DNA of 64,000 nucleotides from an uncultured candidate division Zixibacteria bacterium. Its GTDB lineage: Bacteria > Zixibacteria > MSB-5A5 > GN15 > FEB-12. Position 1 is the stretch's first letter. The number at the start of each line of letters is the position of its first letter. Below are positions 39,616 to 49,349 of this stretch, in pieces. The notes below the pieces were generated by a model that was not told the origin of the DNA, searched no databases, and saw only the letters and a program-made list of their open reading frames with translations. Where the stretch lies: NCBI GenBank assembly GCA_963664195.1, contig OY760907.1, forward strand, positions 3,040,001-3,104,000. The letters are read 5' to 3'. The position numbers and the translations under genes are program-made.

Positions 39616-42357
39616 TTACATGATAATGACCAGTTTGCCAATCTGCGTGTTGCCCTTATCATCCTCAACCGTCCAGTAGTACAGTCCTGAGACAGTCAAC
39701 TGGGTGTTGCGGGTGATGAGGTCCCAGGTTTCATGGTTGGCCAGCGGATTGCTCGGTGAAAAGTCGTGCTCGATTTCGCGCACAAGGTCACCGTCCGGCG
39801 TGAAGATGCTGATCGTGCACCTCGGCGGCAGGTTAGCAAAATGGATTTTCCTGACGCGATCCGCACTGCGGGTTTCATCGCCTCGTCCTTCATAACCCTG
39901 GTCCCGGTAGAGGCCATCCCGACGATAGGGGTTCGGGTACACGAAGACTTCCAGGTCCTCTTCCATGACATTTGCGACCGATTCCAGCGCGTATGTCACC
40001 GACGGTAAAATGGTCGGGTTGGTCTCAAGAGAAGCCAAACCTGATTTCGGTGAGCCGTAGTCGAAGGCGGTCACGTTGATCCAGTAGGGGATCGTCGGAA
40101 GGAGGTTTTCGAACGTGTACTCGTATTCGTAGTACTTGAAGAAACCTTCAGGTGTCAGATACTGGGCATACTGAGCCTCGGACAAGGTATCGATATTGAT
40201 GTCCTCAGGCGGCTTGGGAGCCGTCGGGTAGACCTTCTTAATAGGTGTCTGGGGATTCGCCTCATGACCGAGGATCGACATATTGAAGTCCTGTATGGTG
40301 AAGTAATGGACCTCAGAAGGATCAAGCGGATTCACATACGGTCTGCTCCGAGTGAAATTCAATGGGTGCCAATCGGGATCACCATCGCCGTACATGTCGC
40401 GAAGCTGTTCAAGGGAGAACGGGCTTACGCGGAGAGTGAAGTCTGCGATTTCGTCATCCCAGTCCCAGCGGTTATAGTCTTCGATATCGTAGGAAGCTTC
40501 CATGGCGTACGACCCGCGACGGTCATCCTGGGCATAGTACACACGGTAACCCTCAAAATCATACTCGCGAGAGAAGACGTCGCGCGTGTTCTCGGAGCGC
40601 ACACCGTTCCAAATCACTCTGACTTTGCCGACCTGCGGTTCGACACGCAGGCCCTTGTAGCCTTTGTGGGAAGTGTAGGTGGACGGGGCAGGCGGCGGCG
40701 ATGCGCCCTGGAAATCCGGGATACCGTCGCCTCGGCGCCAGGTGGTGTCGGCGTTGTCGTAAGCCCAGTGAGGATCAATCATGGTGTCCCAAGGAACGAC
40801 TGAGGAGTCGACAATGGTATCGACTACCCAGTTGGAGTCTCCGCCCAGGTTGCAGATATACCTCTCACCGGCATAGCCATCGCTATCGGTGTCAAGTCCC
40901 GGGTTATCATAAATCCAGTCAGCCCACGTAGCGTTGGAGCCAAGACTGTCGAAACTCACGTTATCGTAGTAGGCTTGCCAGTTGTCTGGGAGATTAAGGA
41001 GGTTGTCTTCATGAGAAGGATCGTGGAAATCCTCACCGGCTACGTAAGCGAAAGAAATGGGAAGCGACTGACCCGGTTCGATATCGAAGGGGCCGAAGGA
41101 GAGCAAGTAGCGCGTGTCCATACCCTGTGCCCACTGCCTCTTCCGGTCGGCCGGCGGCGGCAGCCAGATGTCATTACTGGCATCAATGCTGCCAATCTGA
41201 GGTTGGTCGTAGTCGAATTCTCCATTACTGAGGTAATGGAACTTATTGCGGTCACCCTCGGGAGTACCGCTGCCTCCAGTTTGGAGCTCACGAAACTTAG
41301 CCTTGGTCTGCGGGCCGAAGTCAAGATCGGGATTGTCCTGGTTGCTGATCCACCAGTTGAAGGATACGTCGAGTGAGTCAGACGGTGTCCGCACAATTCT
41401 TGTGGCCGTAATGGATGGCACGGGCGTCGAGGTACCTGCATCAAAGTCACCATCGTTGTCGGCGGTCCAGGCGATGTTCACAATATCGCTGTCCGGGCAT
41501 GCGCTGGGGAGGTACAATGCAGGTTGCTTCTCTCGAAATCCGCAGATATCATCCTGCGCCCCATCATTGTCTTGGCCGATCTGATGGATATCAGCGTCCA
41601 CGTATATACCCATGTATACCGCTTCCAGTCGATTCTGACCTATGTTGCGAATGCTGTAGTCGAATAGCACAAAGTCATCGGCGTAGTCGTATGACCAGGC
41701 GTAGGACCGCTGAGTGACTTCGATATTCAGAGGTTGGTGGTTTCTTGCGTCGAGGAAGTCGTTGTCGAGTGTTCCGGGACAGTTGGGGCTGACACAGGTA
41801 TCATAGTACACAGAGATGTAATCCTGCTCGGATACCGCGCCATTGAACGCAGTTTCGTCGGCCGGATCGATCGTCGAGCGATAAATCATCTGTCCGACTT
41901 GGCCACCATCCGGAAAGAATTCATTCGTCTGTGACCAGCCGTCTGCTGCCACAGACACCAGAGTGTCACGGCCGACAACAGCGCCAATCCAGAAGGCACC
42001 GGCAAACAGGTACTTTGTGTTAGACCCCTTTGGATATTCCAGAGAAGGAACCGGCATTCCGGTGAAGAAATCAGTGCACTGATCAACTGCACAGGTGGGG
42101 GAGAACCCGTCACCGAACGTGCCGTTATTGAGCACCGAAAGAGCGATTTTGCCGATATTGTGTACAGCTATGCCGTAGGCCGGGGTTTCCTCGGCTCCTT
42201 GAGTTTGAATTTGATGTCTGTCCTGGCCGGCGTCCCGTTTCAGCCGCGCTTCAACTGAAGCAGGCGAAACCAGAATCATGAGTCCGAGGCCAATCACTAG
42301 TCCTTTGAGTAGGTTCACAACAGTTACCCTCGCATATGTAGAATACAAGCCTATCAT
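39616..42357 (-). CDS. Large exported acidic protein with FlgD/T9SS-like C-terminal domain (paralog A)
   Basis: Collinear paralog of 37001-39589; C-terminal VFVYPNPY...GKLVIIM. Confidence 0.8.
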   Translation of the reverse strand: MIGLYSTYARVTVVNLLKGLVIGLGLMILVSPASVEARLKRDAGQDRHQIQTQGAEETPAYGIAVHNIGKIALSVLNNGTFGDGFSPTCAVDQCTDFFTGMPVPSLEYPKGSNTKYLFAGAFWIGAVVGRDTLVSVAADGWSQTNEFFPDGGQVGQMIYRSTIDPADETAFNGAVSEQDYISVYYDTCVSPNCPGTLDNDFLDARNHQPLNIEVTQRSYAWSYDYADDFVLFDYSIRNIGQNRLEAVYMGIYVDADIHQIGQDNDGAQDDICGFREKQPALYLPSACPDSDIVNIAWTADNDGDFDAGTSTPVPSITATRIVRTPSDSLDVSFNWWISNQDNPDLDFGPQTKAKFRELQTGGSGTPEGDRNKFHYLSNGEFDYDQPQIGSIDASNDIWLPPPADRKRQWAQGMDTRYLLSFGPFDIEPGQSLPISFAYVAGEDFHDPSHEDNLLNLPDNWQAYYDNVSFDSLGSNATWADWIYDNPGLDTDSDGYAGERYICNLGGDSNWVVDTIVDSSVVPWDTMIDPHWAYDNADTTWRRGDGIPDFQGASPPPAPSTYTSHKGYKGLRVEPQVGKVRVIWNGVRSENTRDVFSREYDFEGYRVYYAQDDRRGSYAMEASYDIEDYNRWDWDDEIADFTLRVSPFSLEQLRDMYGDGDPDWHPLNFTRSRPYVNPLDPSEVHYFTIQDFNMSILGHEANPQTPIKKVYPTAPKPPEDINIDTLSEAQYAQYLTPEGFFKYYEYEYTFENLLPTIPYWINVTAFDYGSPKSGLASLETNPTILPSVTYALESVANVMEEDLEVFVYPNPYRRDGLYRDQGYEGRGDETRSADRVRKIHFANLPPRCTISIFTPDGDLVREIEHDFSPSNPLANHETWDLITRNTQLTVSGLYYWTVEDDKGNTQIGKLVIIM

Positions 42358-42815
42358 TCAACACACTAATTCAGAACCCTATTTTTACGAAAAAAAGGGC
42401 GAAAACGCAAATCAATCCTGTCTCGAGGCAGCACTTAGCGGCCAATAAAAACAGCCTTAACCATATGGGAAAGTCATTCGTGCGACTGTCGGAGCTTGCG
42501 CTCGGCCGTGTAACTTCTTGACCGCCAGTCCAGTAGGCTGCTCGCAACAACGGTTTGTTACGATTTTCCTCGCGGCGAATTGGTTCAAACGATTCAGGCC
42601 GGATCACACACACTTTCGACCTTTTGTCATAGCCGCACGATACTGTCTTTCCCAACCAGCGACCATGCCTCCGGAGCATGCCCAAGACATGCCGCATAAA
42701 CGTCTAAGAAACGTTGTAACTTCTTGAAATCAAGCACTTTTTGCGTTTGTCTTGCGTCACACTTGCCGACAGGTCTATTGTTCTACACAACAGACGATTG
42801 GCGGCGCCTGGTGTC

Positions 42816-42852
42816 AAAAAAAAAGACCGACCCCGAAAGGGTCGGTCTTTTT
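42816..42852 (-). terminator. Rho-independent terminator after the M16 pair
   Basis: A9-GACCGACCC-CGAAA-GGGTCGGTC-T5. Confidence 0.85.
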
Positions 42853-42879
42853 GCACGTCGTGCGGCTGCACGATCTATC

Positions 42880-45024
42880 TTATTCGGGTTTGTCGAACGT
42901 ACCGGCCGGCACATCGACGTTTACCTCGAAGGTTGTGTAAGCGGTTCTGGTGACGACCTGATCGTTCATCATACTCTCAGACTTCATGGCCATCTTCACT
43001 CCGCCGACCTCGGCGAACTCGCTGTAACGTTCCTGGATATTGCCCTCGCCGAGTGCGGTCTGGCCCCAGTATTCTTTGCACAGCAGTTCGTGGGTGCCGG
43101 CGTCGAAGCCGAGACGGCAGATCGGATCGCCGGCGGCGTCGATCAGCGCCACGTACTCGATGGCGACACCGTCGAGATCACCGCTGCCGTCATAGACTGC
43201 ACGGTAATCGGGAGCATCAGACGTCTGCATGATGAAGAGGTTGGCACGACGGTTCTCTTTGTCATCGTTCGCCAGATCATCGGCAGTCTTCTCTTTGAGC
43301 TGATCGGTCATTGGATCGGTGGCCCAGCCGATGTCGTTGTTGCGAATGTCGATCATCTCACGCCCCATGAGATTCATCACTGAGTGGTCCTGGGTCGGCA
43401 GAACCTTGGTGGTTTCAAACTGGAGCGGGATTTCCTGCCCCTGCATGATGATCGTGTGGCTTCCGGCCGTATGGAGATTCTTTATCGCCTTGAAGTTGTC
43501 GAGACCGCCGTGAGCCGCCACGGCGGCACGAACGAGTCCCAGACCCTTTTCGAGGTTGGCGTCGGTGATTTCCAGTTCACGACGGGTTTCGCCGGACGGA
43601 ATGCTGATATCAAGGACTTCGGCTTCGCCGAGACCAAGAGCGCTCAGAGGCTCGTCGAAATCGGCCTCGTTACCGACCACTACGTAGATCATCTCGTCGG
43701 TGCGGAGGTTGTTCTTCGCGGCGTTCATGACGTCTTCCGGAGTGACCTTCTCGACTGCGGCCTTTTCCTGCTGGAGGAAGTCTTCCGGCATGCCGTAGTA
43801 GTCGTAGTTCATCATGCGATTGACGACTTCGCCACGGGTGTCGAAGTTGAACACGAACGAGTTCAGATACCCGTCCTTGCCCTTCTTCATCTCTTTTTCG
43901 GTCGGCGGATCGGTCTTCATAGACTCGATCTGTTTCATCATCTCACGGGCGGCTTCGAGCGTACGGCCCGGCTGGGTCGATACGATGGTGAAGAAGTAGC
44001 CCGGATGTGAGATATTGGAGATGTAGCGACCGCCGGTCGAATAGGCGAGACCCAGCTTGGTGCGGACGTTGTCCACGAGGCGGCTGCCGAAGCCCCCGCC
44101 GAGGATCGAGTTCATGACGATCTTGGCCGCATAGTCTTCGTCGCTGACCAGGCCGCCGATGTGACCGATACGGACGAACGACTGGGCGGCATCCGGCTTC
44201 TCCGCGTAATACACTTTGCTGCGGAAATCGTAGTTGACTTCAGGGAGCGGGGGAAGGGGCACATTACCCTTTTCCCAGTCGCCGAAGTACTGCTTGACCT
44301 TGGCGATGATTTCCTTCTTGTCGAAATCACCTGAGATTGCCATCTGGATGTTTTCCGGGATGACAACGTTCTTATGGAATGCAACGAGATCGTCGCGGCT
44401 GATGGCGTCAATGGTTGCATACTCGGTGTGACGGGCATACGGGGAATCTTCACCGTAAATCTGCTTCTGGAATTCCCGGCGCGTGAGTCCACTCGGGTCG
44501 TCGTTACGACGGGAGATACCGGAGCGGCTCTGGACCTTTGCCAGATTCAGCTTCTCTTCGTCGAAGACCGGACGTCGAAGGACTTCGGCGAGGATTTCAA
44601 GTGCCATGTCAGTGTACTCGCTGAGCACGTTGATGCCGGCACCGCCGGATTCAAGACCGAAGAAGGTCTCGACCGCGCCGCCGACGCCTTCGAGTTTGGC
44701 ATCGATTTCATCGCCGGTGTACTTCTTGGTGCCGCCGGTGCGCATGACCGTACCACAAATGTCTGCCAAGCCGACTTTGTCAGCCGGTTCGAGATAGGAA
44801 CCGCCGGCAATACGGACGTTGACGTCGAAGACCGGGAGGGAGTGGTCTTCGAGGAGATAGAGGCGGATGCCGTTGTCGAGGGTGACAATTTCAACATCCG
44901 GGATTTTGATATCGTTGAGTTTTGGGAACTTAATGTCTTCAAGCGTCTGGGCCGGAATCGACGTGCCGAAAAGGGCCAGCAGCAAGAAGGCGACAGCCAT
45001 TAGATTCAACATCTTTTTCGTCAT
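42880..45024 (-). CDS. M16-family peptidase-like subunit (non-catalytic) with C-terminal extension
   Basis: TLDNGIRLYLLEDHSLP; no HXXEH; SRLVDNVRTKLGLAY; extra domain of about 240 aa (AHGGLDNF...). Confidence 0.85.
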   Translation of the reverse strand: MTKKMLNLMAVAFLLLALFGTSIPAQTLEDIKFPKLNDIKIPDVEIVTLDNGIRLYLLEDHSLPVFDVNVRIAGGSYLEPADKVGLADICGTVMRTGGTKKYTGDEIDAKLEGVGGAVETFFGLESGGAGINVLSEYTDMALEILAEVLRRPVFDEEKLNLAKVQSRSGISRRNDDPSGLTRREFQKQIYGEDSPYARHTEYATIDAISRDDLVAFHKNVVIPENIQMAISGDFDKKEIIAKVKQYFGDWEKGNVPLPPLPEVNYDFRSKVYYAEKPDAAQSFVRIGHIGGLVSDEDYAAKIVMNSILGGGFGSRLVDNVRTKLGLAYSTGGRYISNISHPGYFFTIVSTQPGRTLEAAREMMKQIESMKTDPPTEKEMKKGKDGYLNSFVFNFDTRGEVVNRMMNYDYYGMPEDFLQQEKAAVEKVTPEDVMNAAKNNLRTDEMIYVVVGNEADFDEPLSALGLGEAEVLDISIPSGETRRELEITDANLEKGLGLVRAAVAAHGGLDNFKAIKNLHTAGSHTIIMQGQEIPLQFETTKVLPTQDHSVMNLMGREMIDIRNNDIGWATDPMTDQLKEKTADDLANDDKENRRANLFIMQTSDAPDYRAVYDGSGDLDGVAIEYVALIDAAGDPICRLGFDAGTHELLCKEYWGQTALGEGNIQERYSEFAEVGGVKMAMKSESMMNDQVVTRTAYTTFEVNVDVPAGTFDKPE

Positions 45025-45039
45025 TATTTCTGCTCCTGC

Positions 45040-46542
45040 CTAGTTTTCGGTCGTATTCAACTGAACCACGGTCCGGTTGTTCTTCACGAGATACTTGTTG
45101 GCGACTCGCTGTACCTCTTCCGGAGTCACGGCGTTGATACGGTCGATTTCCTTGAATGCCTCGCGCCAGTCTCCCCAGTAGTTCTGGAAGCTGGCCAGTT
45201 GTTGGGCAAGACCGAGATTGCTGCGCAGACCGTTAATGAACCCGGCTTTGGCCTGGGCCTTGATCTTGTCGATGGCTTCGGGCGCAAGCGGCTCGGTTTT
45301 CAGGCGTTCGATTTCAGTAAGAATCTGCTCGTGGCACTCGTCGTTGGTGCTTTCCGGCGACGGGATCGCGTAGAACATGCAAAGGCAGGGATAAGCACTG
45401 CCCGGCCACCACTGGCAACCGACAGCGGATGCGATCTTCTTTTCTTTGACGAGGTTTTCGTACAGCGGCGAGGTACGACCGTCACCGAGATAGCTCATCA
45501 TGGTCGTGACAGCCGGCCAATCCGGATCAGTGCTTGACGGGATATGATACCCGGCAACGAGCAGAGGCTGTGACGGGTCTTCCAGGGAAGCAAACCGCTC
45601 GCCTTCTTGCTCCGGCTCGACAGTTGCAATCGGCTCCGGTTTCGGCCTGTCTTCAAGGCGACCGAAGTACTTGTCGGCCATCTTGAGGACCTTCTTGGCG
45701 TCGACGTCACCGACGATGGCGACCACCAAGTTCCTGGGAACGTAGTTTTCTTCAAAGTACTTACGTACGGCCGGGCGGGTATAGTTCATGATGTCGGACA
45801 TATGGCCGACAACCGGCACACCGTAGGGGTGAGCTTCAAAGGCGGTTGCCTGAAGCATACCGAGCGTCCGCATGATCGGGTTGTTCTCAAACTGCTGGCG
45901 GCGCTCCTCGGCGATCACCAGCTGTTCCTGGTACATGCTGCGGAGCACGAGGTTCTTGAAGCGCTCAGACTCCATGTACATCCACAGTTCGATCTTGTTC
46001 GACGGCAGACTCATGATGTAGGTAGTATTGTCCTTACCTGTGCCTGCGTTGATTCCGACAGCGCCTTCTTCTTCAAGCAGGCCGTCCCATGCGTTCACTT
46101 TCATATATTGACGGGCGTTTTCCTTGGCAGCCTCGAACTCGGCTTCGAGAGCTTCAAGGCGGGTGGGATCAGTCTTCTTGCCCTTTGCCTTCTCGGCGCG
46201 GATCAGCATGAGGACGGAATCCTCTACCGCCATGGCGGCAAGCTCAGCCTCGATATCGGTCGTGCCGATAGTCGTGGTGCCTTTGAAGGCCATGTGTTCG
46301 AGCATGTGAGCAATGCCGGTGTAATCGGCCGGATCGTTGGCGCCGCCAACGTTGGCGAACGTCACACACGATACTACCGGGGCGTCATGGCGTTCCATGA
46401 CGATAACTTTCAGTCCGTTGTCCAGCGTGGTCTCGCTTACCGCTTTCTCAAGCTCCGAAAAATCGAAGCCGAGGGCGGAAGTGAACGAGAACACGGCGCA
46501 CAAGCCAAATAGTAAGCAGATATACCTATTTCTGCTATTCAT
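45040..46542 (-). CDS. M16-family zinc peptidase, catalytic subunit
   Basis: TLDNGLKVIV, GIAHMLEHMAFKGT (HXXEH), HPYGVPVVG; signal peptide. Confidence 0.92.
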   Translation of the reverse strand: MNSRNRYICLLFGLCAVFSFTSALGFDFSELEKAVSETTLDNGLKVIVMERHDAPVVSCVTFANVGGANDPADYTGIAHMLEHMAFKGTTTIGTTDIEAELAAMAVEDSVLMLIRAEKAKGKKTDPTRLEALEAEFEAAKENARQYMKVNAWDGLLEEEGAVGINAGTGKDNTTYIMSLPSNKIELWMYMESERFKNLVLRSMYQEQLVIAEERRQQFENNPIMRTLGMLQATAFEAHPYGVPVVGHMSDIMNYTRPAVRKYFEENYVPRNLVVAIVGDVDAKKVLKMADKYFGRLEDRPKPEPIATVEPEQEGERFASLEDPSQPLLVAGYHIPSSTDPDWPAVTTMMSYLGDGRTSPLYENLVKEKKIASAVGCQWWPGSAYPCLCMFYAIPSPESTNDECHEQILTEIERLKTEPLAPEAIDKIKAQAKAGFINGLRSNLGLAQQLASFQNYWGDWREAFKEIDRINAVTPEEVQRVANKYLVKNNRTVVQLNTTEN

Positions 46543-46846
46543 CCTTACCTCCACAAGTTTAGACAGTTCAGTGAGATATGATGCGAATAAACTTCGACGC
46601 CCACATGCTGTCAAGTGATTCCTATGGCAACCGTGTCTTTAGTGTGTGGCGATATCTCAGAGTGAGATTGACACAAACCTATCCATCTCCCTCTACGGTG
46701 GTTTTCGCCTTATTGTTGCGTTTCAGTGCAGAAGACGGCTAAACGGGGCTGTTTGTCCATCAGGAATTTTCACGGGAAGAAACCTCGGCGATTCTGGTAT
46801 CCCTGACAGATGACAGAGCGAACGAAGCCTCGCAAAGGAGAACGCT

Positions 46847-48877
46847 ATGAAACGGGAAACGATTGTACTGATTGGCCTGCTGGCGGTTATCGCCGGAGGA
46901 CTTGCCGCCGGGACGCATGACTTTGGCACTATTTCCGGCAAAATCACCGATGCCGAAACCGGTCATCCGGTTGCCGGCGCCTGGATTGCCATAATCGAGA
47001 ACAACCTCGGTGCAACTACCGATTCGCTCGGACAGTTCACCATCTCAGATGTACCTCCGGGGAGTTATACAATGATCGTAACGCACGTCCAATTCGGGAC
47101 CATCAGCGGGCTGAAATCCCTGTCTGTGAGTGTCGTTTCCGGGAAGAAGGTGCAGGTGGACATTCCACTAAAACGCTCCGCGCAGAAGATGCGCGAGGAG
47201 GCGACGGTTGGCCGTGTTCCGCAGCCTGTGGGCGACATTCTGGTCGAAAACTTCGCCGGAATAGCTGATCGTGAGGTCAAGACTCAATCTGGAAGCCAGA
47301 AGAAAGACAGAGACATTATTGTTGTGAGTGGAATTCATGGTTCCGACTACACTCCGCAGTCTTTCGGACGTGTTGGCAATCCAGTGCCCGCCCGTCCGGG
47401 AACCGTAATGGAACGGGATGAAATGTCTTTGCCGCCGTTTGATATGTTTTTCACCGATTACGGTACCAACGGGTTTATCGATACGCAACGTGACCGATTC
47501 TCGACCTTCGCTGTTGATGTCGACGACGCATCGTACACGCTCGTCAGACGGTATCTGGAGGAGGGCAATGTTCCGCCACAGGAGGCGATCCGCGTGGAGG
47601 AGTTCATCAACCACTTTGATTACGGCTACAACAATCCTTCGCGCGACAAATTCAGAGTTTTCACCGAACTGACTGACTCACCGTTCGACCGCAACGTGAA
47701 ACTACTGAAGATAGGCGTGAAGGGACGGGAGGTCGATGCCGGTAGTCGCAAGCCGCTAAACCTGACTCTGGTAGTCGACGTCTCCGGTTCGATGGGCTAC
47801 GACAACCGTATGCAACTGGTGAAGGAATCGCTTCGGATGCTGGTCCGCCAGCTTGATTCGAACGATCGGATCGGGATCGTAGCGTATGACAACAACGCAC
47901 GGGTGCTTCTCGAGCCGATGGCGGCCGGTTCCCGTCGCGCGATCCAGGTCATCCACAGGGCAATAGACCAACTGCAGCCCGGCGGTTCTACGAACGCCGA
48001 GGCCGGCATGACGGTGGGCTACAGGATGGCCAACCGTCAATTCGAAAACGGACACAACAATGTCGTAATGCTGCTCAGCGACGGTGTCGCCAACGTCGGG
48101 AGCACCGGTTCCAACGGCATCATGGCTCGAATAGGTGAGTGTGCCAGGCAGGGCCTTACGCTCAACAGCATCGGGTTCGGTATGGGCAACTACAATGACG
48201 CTCTCCTTGAGCAACTCGCCCAGAAAGGCAACGGTCGGTATGCGTATGTGAACGACTGTCAGGAAGCTCAGAAGACGTTTGTCGAGGATTTTGTCGCCAA
48301 TACGCAGATTCTTGGCCGGGACGTAAAGGTGCAGGTGGAGTTTGATCCGAGCCGTGTGACCTCATATCGCCTGCTCGGCTACGAGAACCGCGATGTCGCC
48401 GATCACCGTTTCCGCGACAATACACAGGACGGCGGAGAGATTTTCGCCGGTCATGAAGTCACTGCTCTGTACGAAATAGTACTGGCGCAGAAGCTCACGC
48501 ACAAGAAGCGAAACACGGCTGATCTTGCCACAGTTTTCGTTCGGTGGAAAGACGCAGACGAAACCGAAGTAGCCGAATTGAAAGTTCCGGTATCACTGCA
48601 GAAGCACTTCAGTTCGTTTGACAGTTCACGTCCGGAACTTCGACTGGCCTGCGTGGCGGGACGCTTCGCCGAGATGCTGAAAGGAACCGCCTACGCCACG
48701 GAGACGTCGTTTGAAGACCTGTACCGTACAGCAAAACCGCTGGAGCGGGAGCTTCCGTCGGAGCAGACTGATGAACTCCTTGACCTGATTCAGCGAGCCG
48801 GGAATCTCTCGATCCAGCACACCGAGTGGCACGGGGGAGACGACGACAACTATGTGAACAACTACCGCAGACGGTAA
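46847..48877 (+). CDS. Exported vWA-domain protein (YfbK-like) with N-terminal carboxypeptidase-regulatory-like domain
   Basis: GTISGKITDAETG; STFAVDVDDASY; VVDVSGSM MIDAS; LLSDGVANVG; YRLLGYENR. Confidence 0.88.
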   Translation: MKRETIVLIGLLAVIAGGLAAGTHDFGTISGKITDAETGHPVAGAWIAIIENNLGATTDSLGQFTISDVPPGSYTMIVTHVQFGTISGLKSLSVSVVSGKKVQVDIPLKRSAQKMREEATVGRVPQPVGDILVENFAGIADREVKTQSGSQKKDRDIIVVSGIHGSDYTPQSFGRVGNPVPARPGTVMERDEMSLPPFDMFFTDYGTNGFIDTQRDRFSTFAVDVDDASYTLVRRYLEEGNVPPQEAIRVEEFINHFDYGYNNPSRDKFRVFTELTDSPFDRNVKLLKIGVKGREVDAGSRKPLNLTLVVDVSGSMGYDNRMQLVKESLRMLVRQLDSNDRIGIVAYDNNARVLLEPMAAGSRRAIQVIHRAIDQLQPGGSTNAEAGMTVGYRMANRQFENGHNNVVMLLSDGVANVGSTGSNGIMARIGECARQGLTLNSIGFGMGNYNDALLEQLAQKGNGRYAYVNDCQEAQKTFVEDFVANTQILGRDVKVQVEFDPSRVTSYRLLGYENRDVADHRFRDNTQDGGEIFAGHEVTALYEIVLAQKLTHKKRNTADLATVFVRWKDADETEVAELKVPVSLQKHFSSFDSSRPELRLACVAGRFAEMLKGTAYATETSFEDLYRTAKPLERELPSEQTDELLDLIQRAGNLSIQHTEWHGGDDDNYVNNYRRR

Positions 48878-49129
48878 CCCTTGCCGCCTTCTAGGGAACC
48901 TTGCCCGCTGAGTGCTGTCAGGCGGCCCCGTCTGACAGCAGCCTGACACGTAGTCCGCACTATATCGGACATCTTGCGAATATCGCTCACAGGGTCGCCT
49001 TGCGACACATACTAAGGGGGGGGATTCGGTAGTCTTGCAGGGCAAAGAGAAACGGACGACTCAGGTCGTCCGTTCTTATGTCTGAGCGAGTAGGGTTCCG
49101 TCCCTGTCGAAATCGTGCGTCGGGGGTGG

Positions 49130-49316
49130 AGGGGCTGTCCCGGAAGCCATGAGTCCATGATGTCTTGTCATGGGCTGCCTACAAGTATCAACATGACCAA
49201 TGCCGCAACTCAGTCGTCGCAACTACCTACGAACATGGTAGGTCAGCCCCGTCTTCGGGACTGACATCTAATTGTCGAAACCGTAAAGGTTTCGACCTGC
49301 TTTTGAGACAGCCCCT
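49130..49316. mobile_element. MITE-like non-coding element with 18-bp imperfect terminal inverted repeats
   Basis: AGGGGCTGTCCCGGAAGC ... GCTTTTGAGACAGCCCCT; internal hairpins; no transposase. Confidence 0.5.
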
Positions 49317-49349
49317 GGAAACCCGACGCTCACAGTTTTCCTGCTTACT

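Noticed and set aside
42664..42695. Three CATGCC direct repeats upstream of the large secreted paralogs
   Set aside because: Short and unevenly spaced; cannot be told from chance.
48878..49349. CRISPR array, tRNA or protein-coding ORF (49165-49473) in this intergenic region
   Set aside because: No regularly spaced direct repeats and no cloverleaf; the ORF overlaps glgP antisense and lacks an SD.
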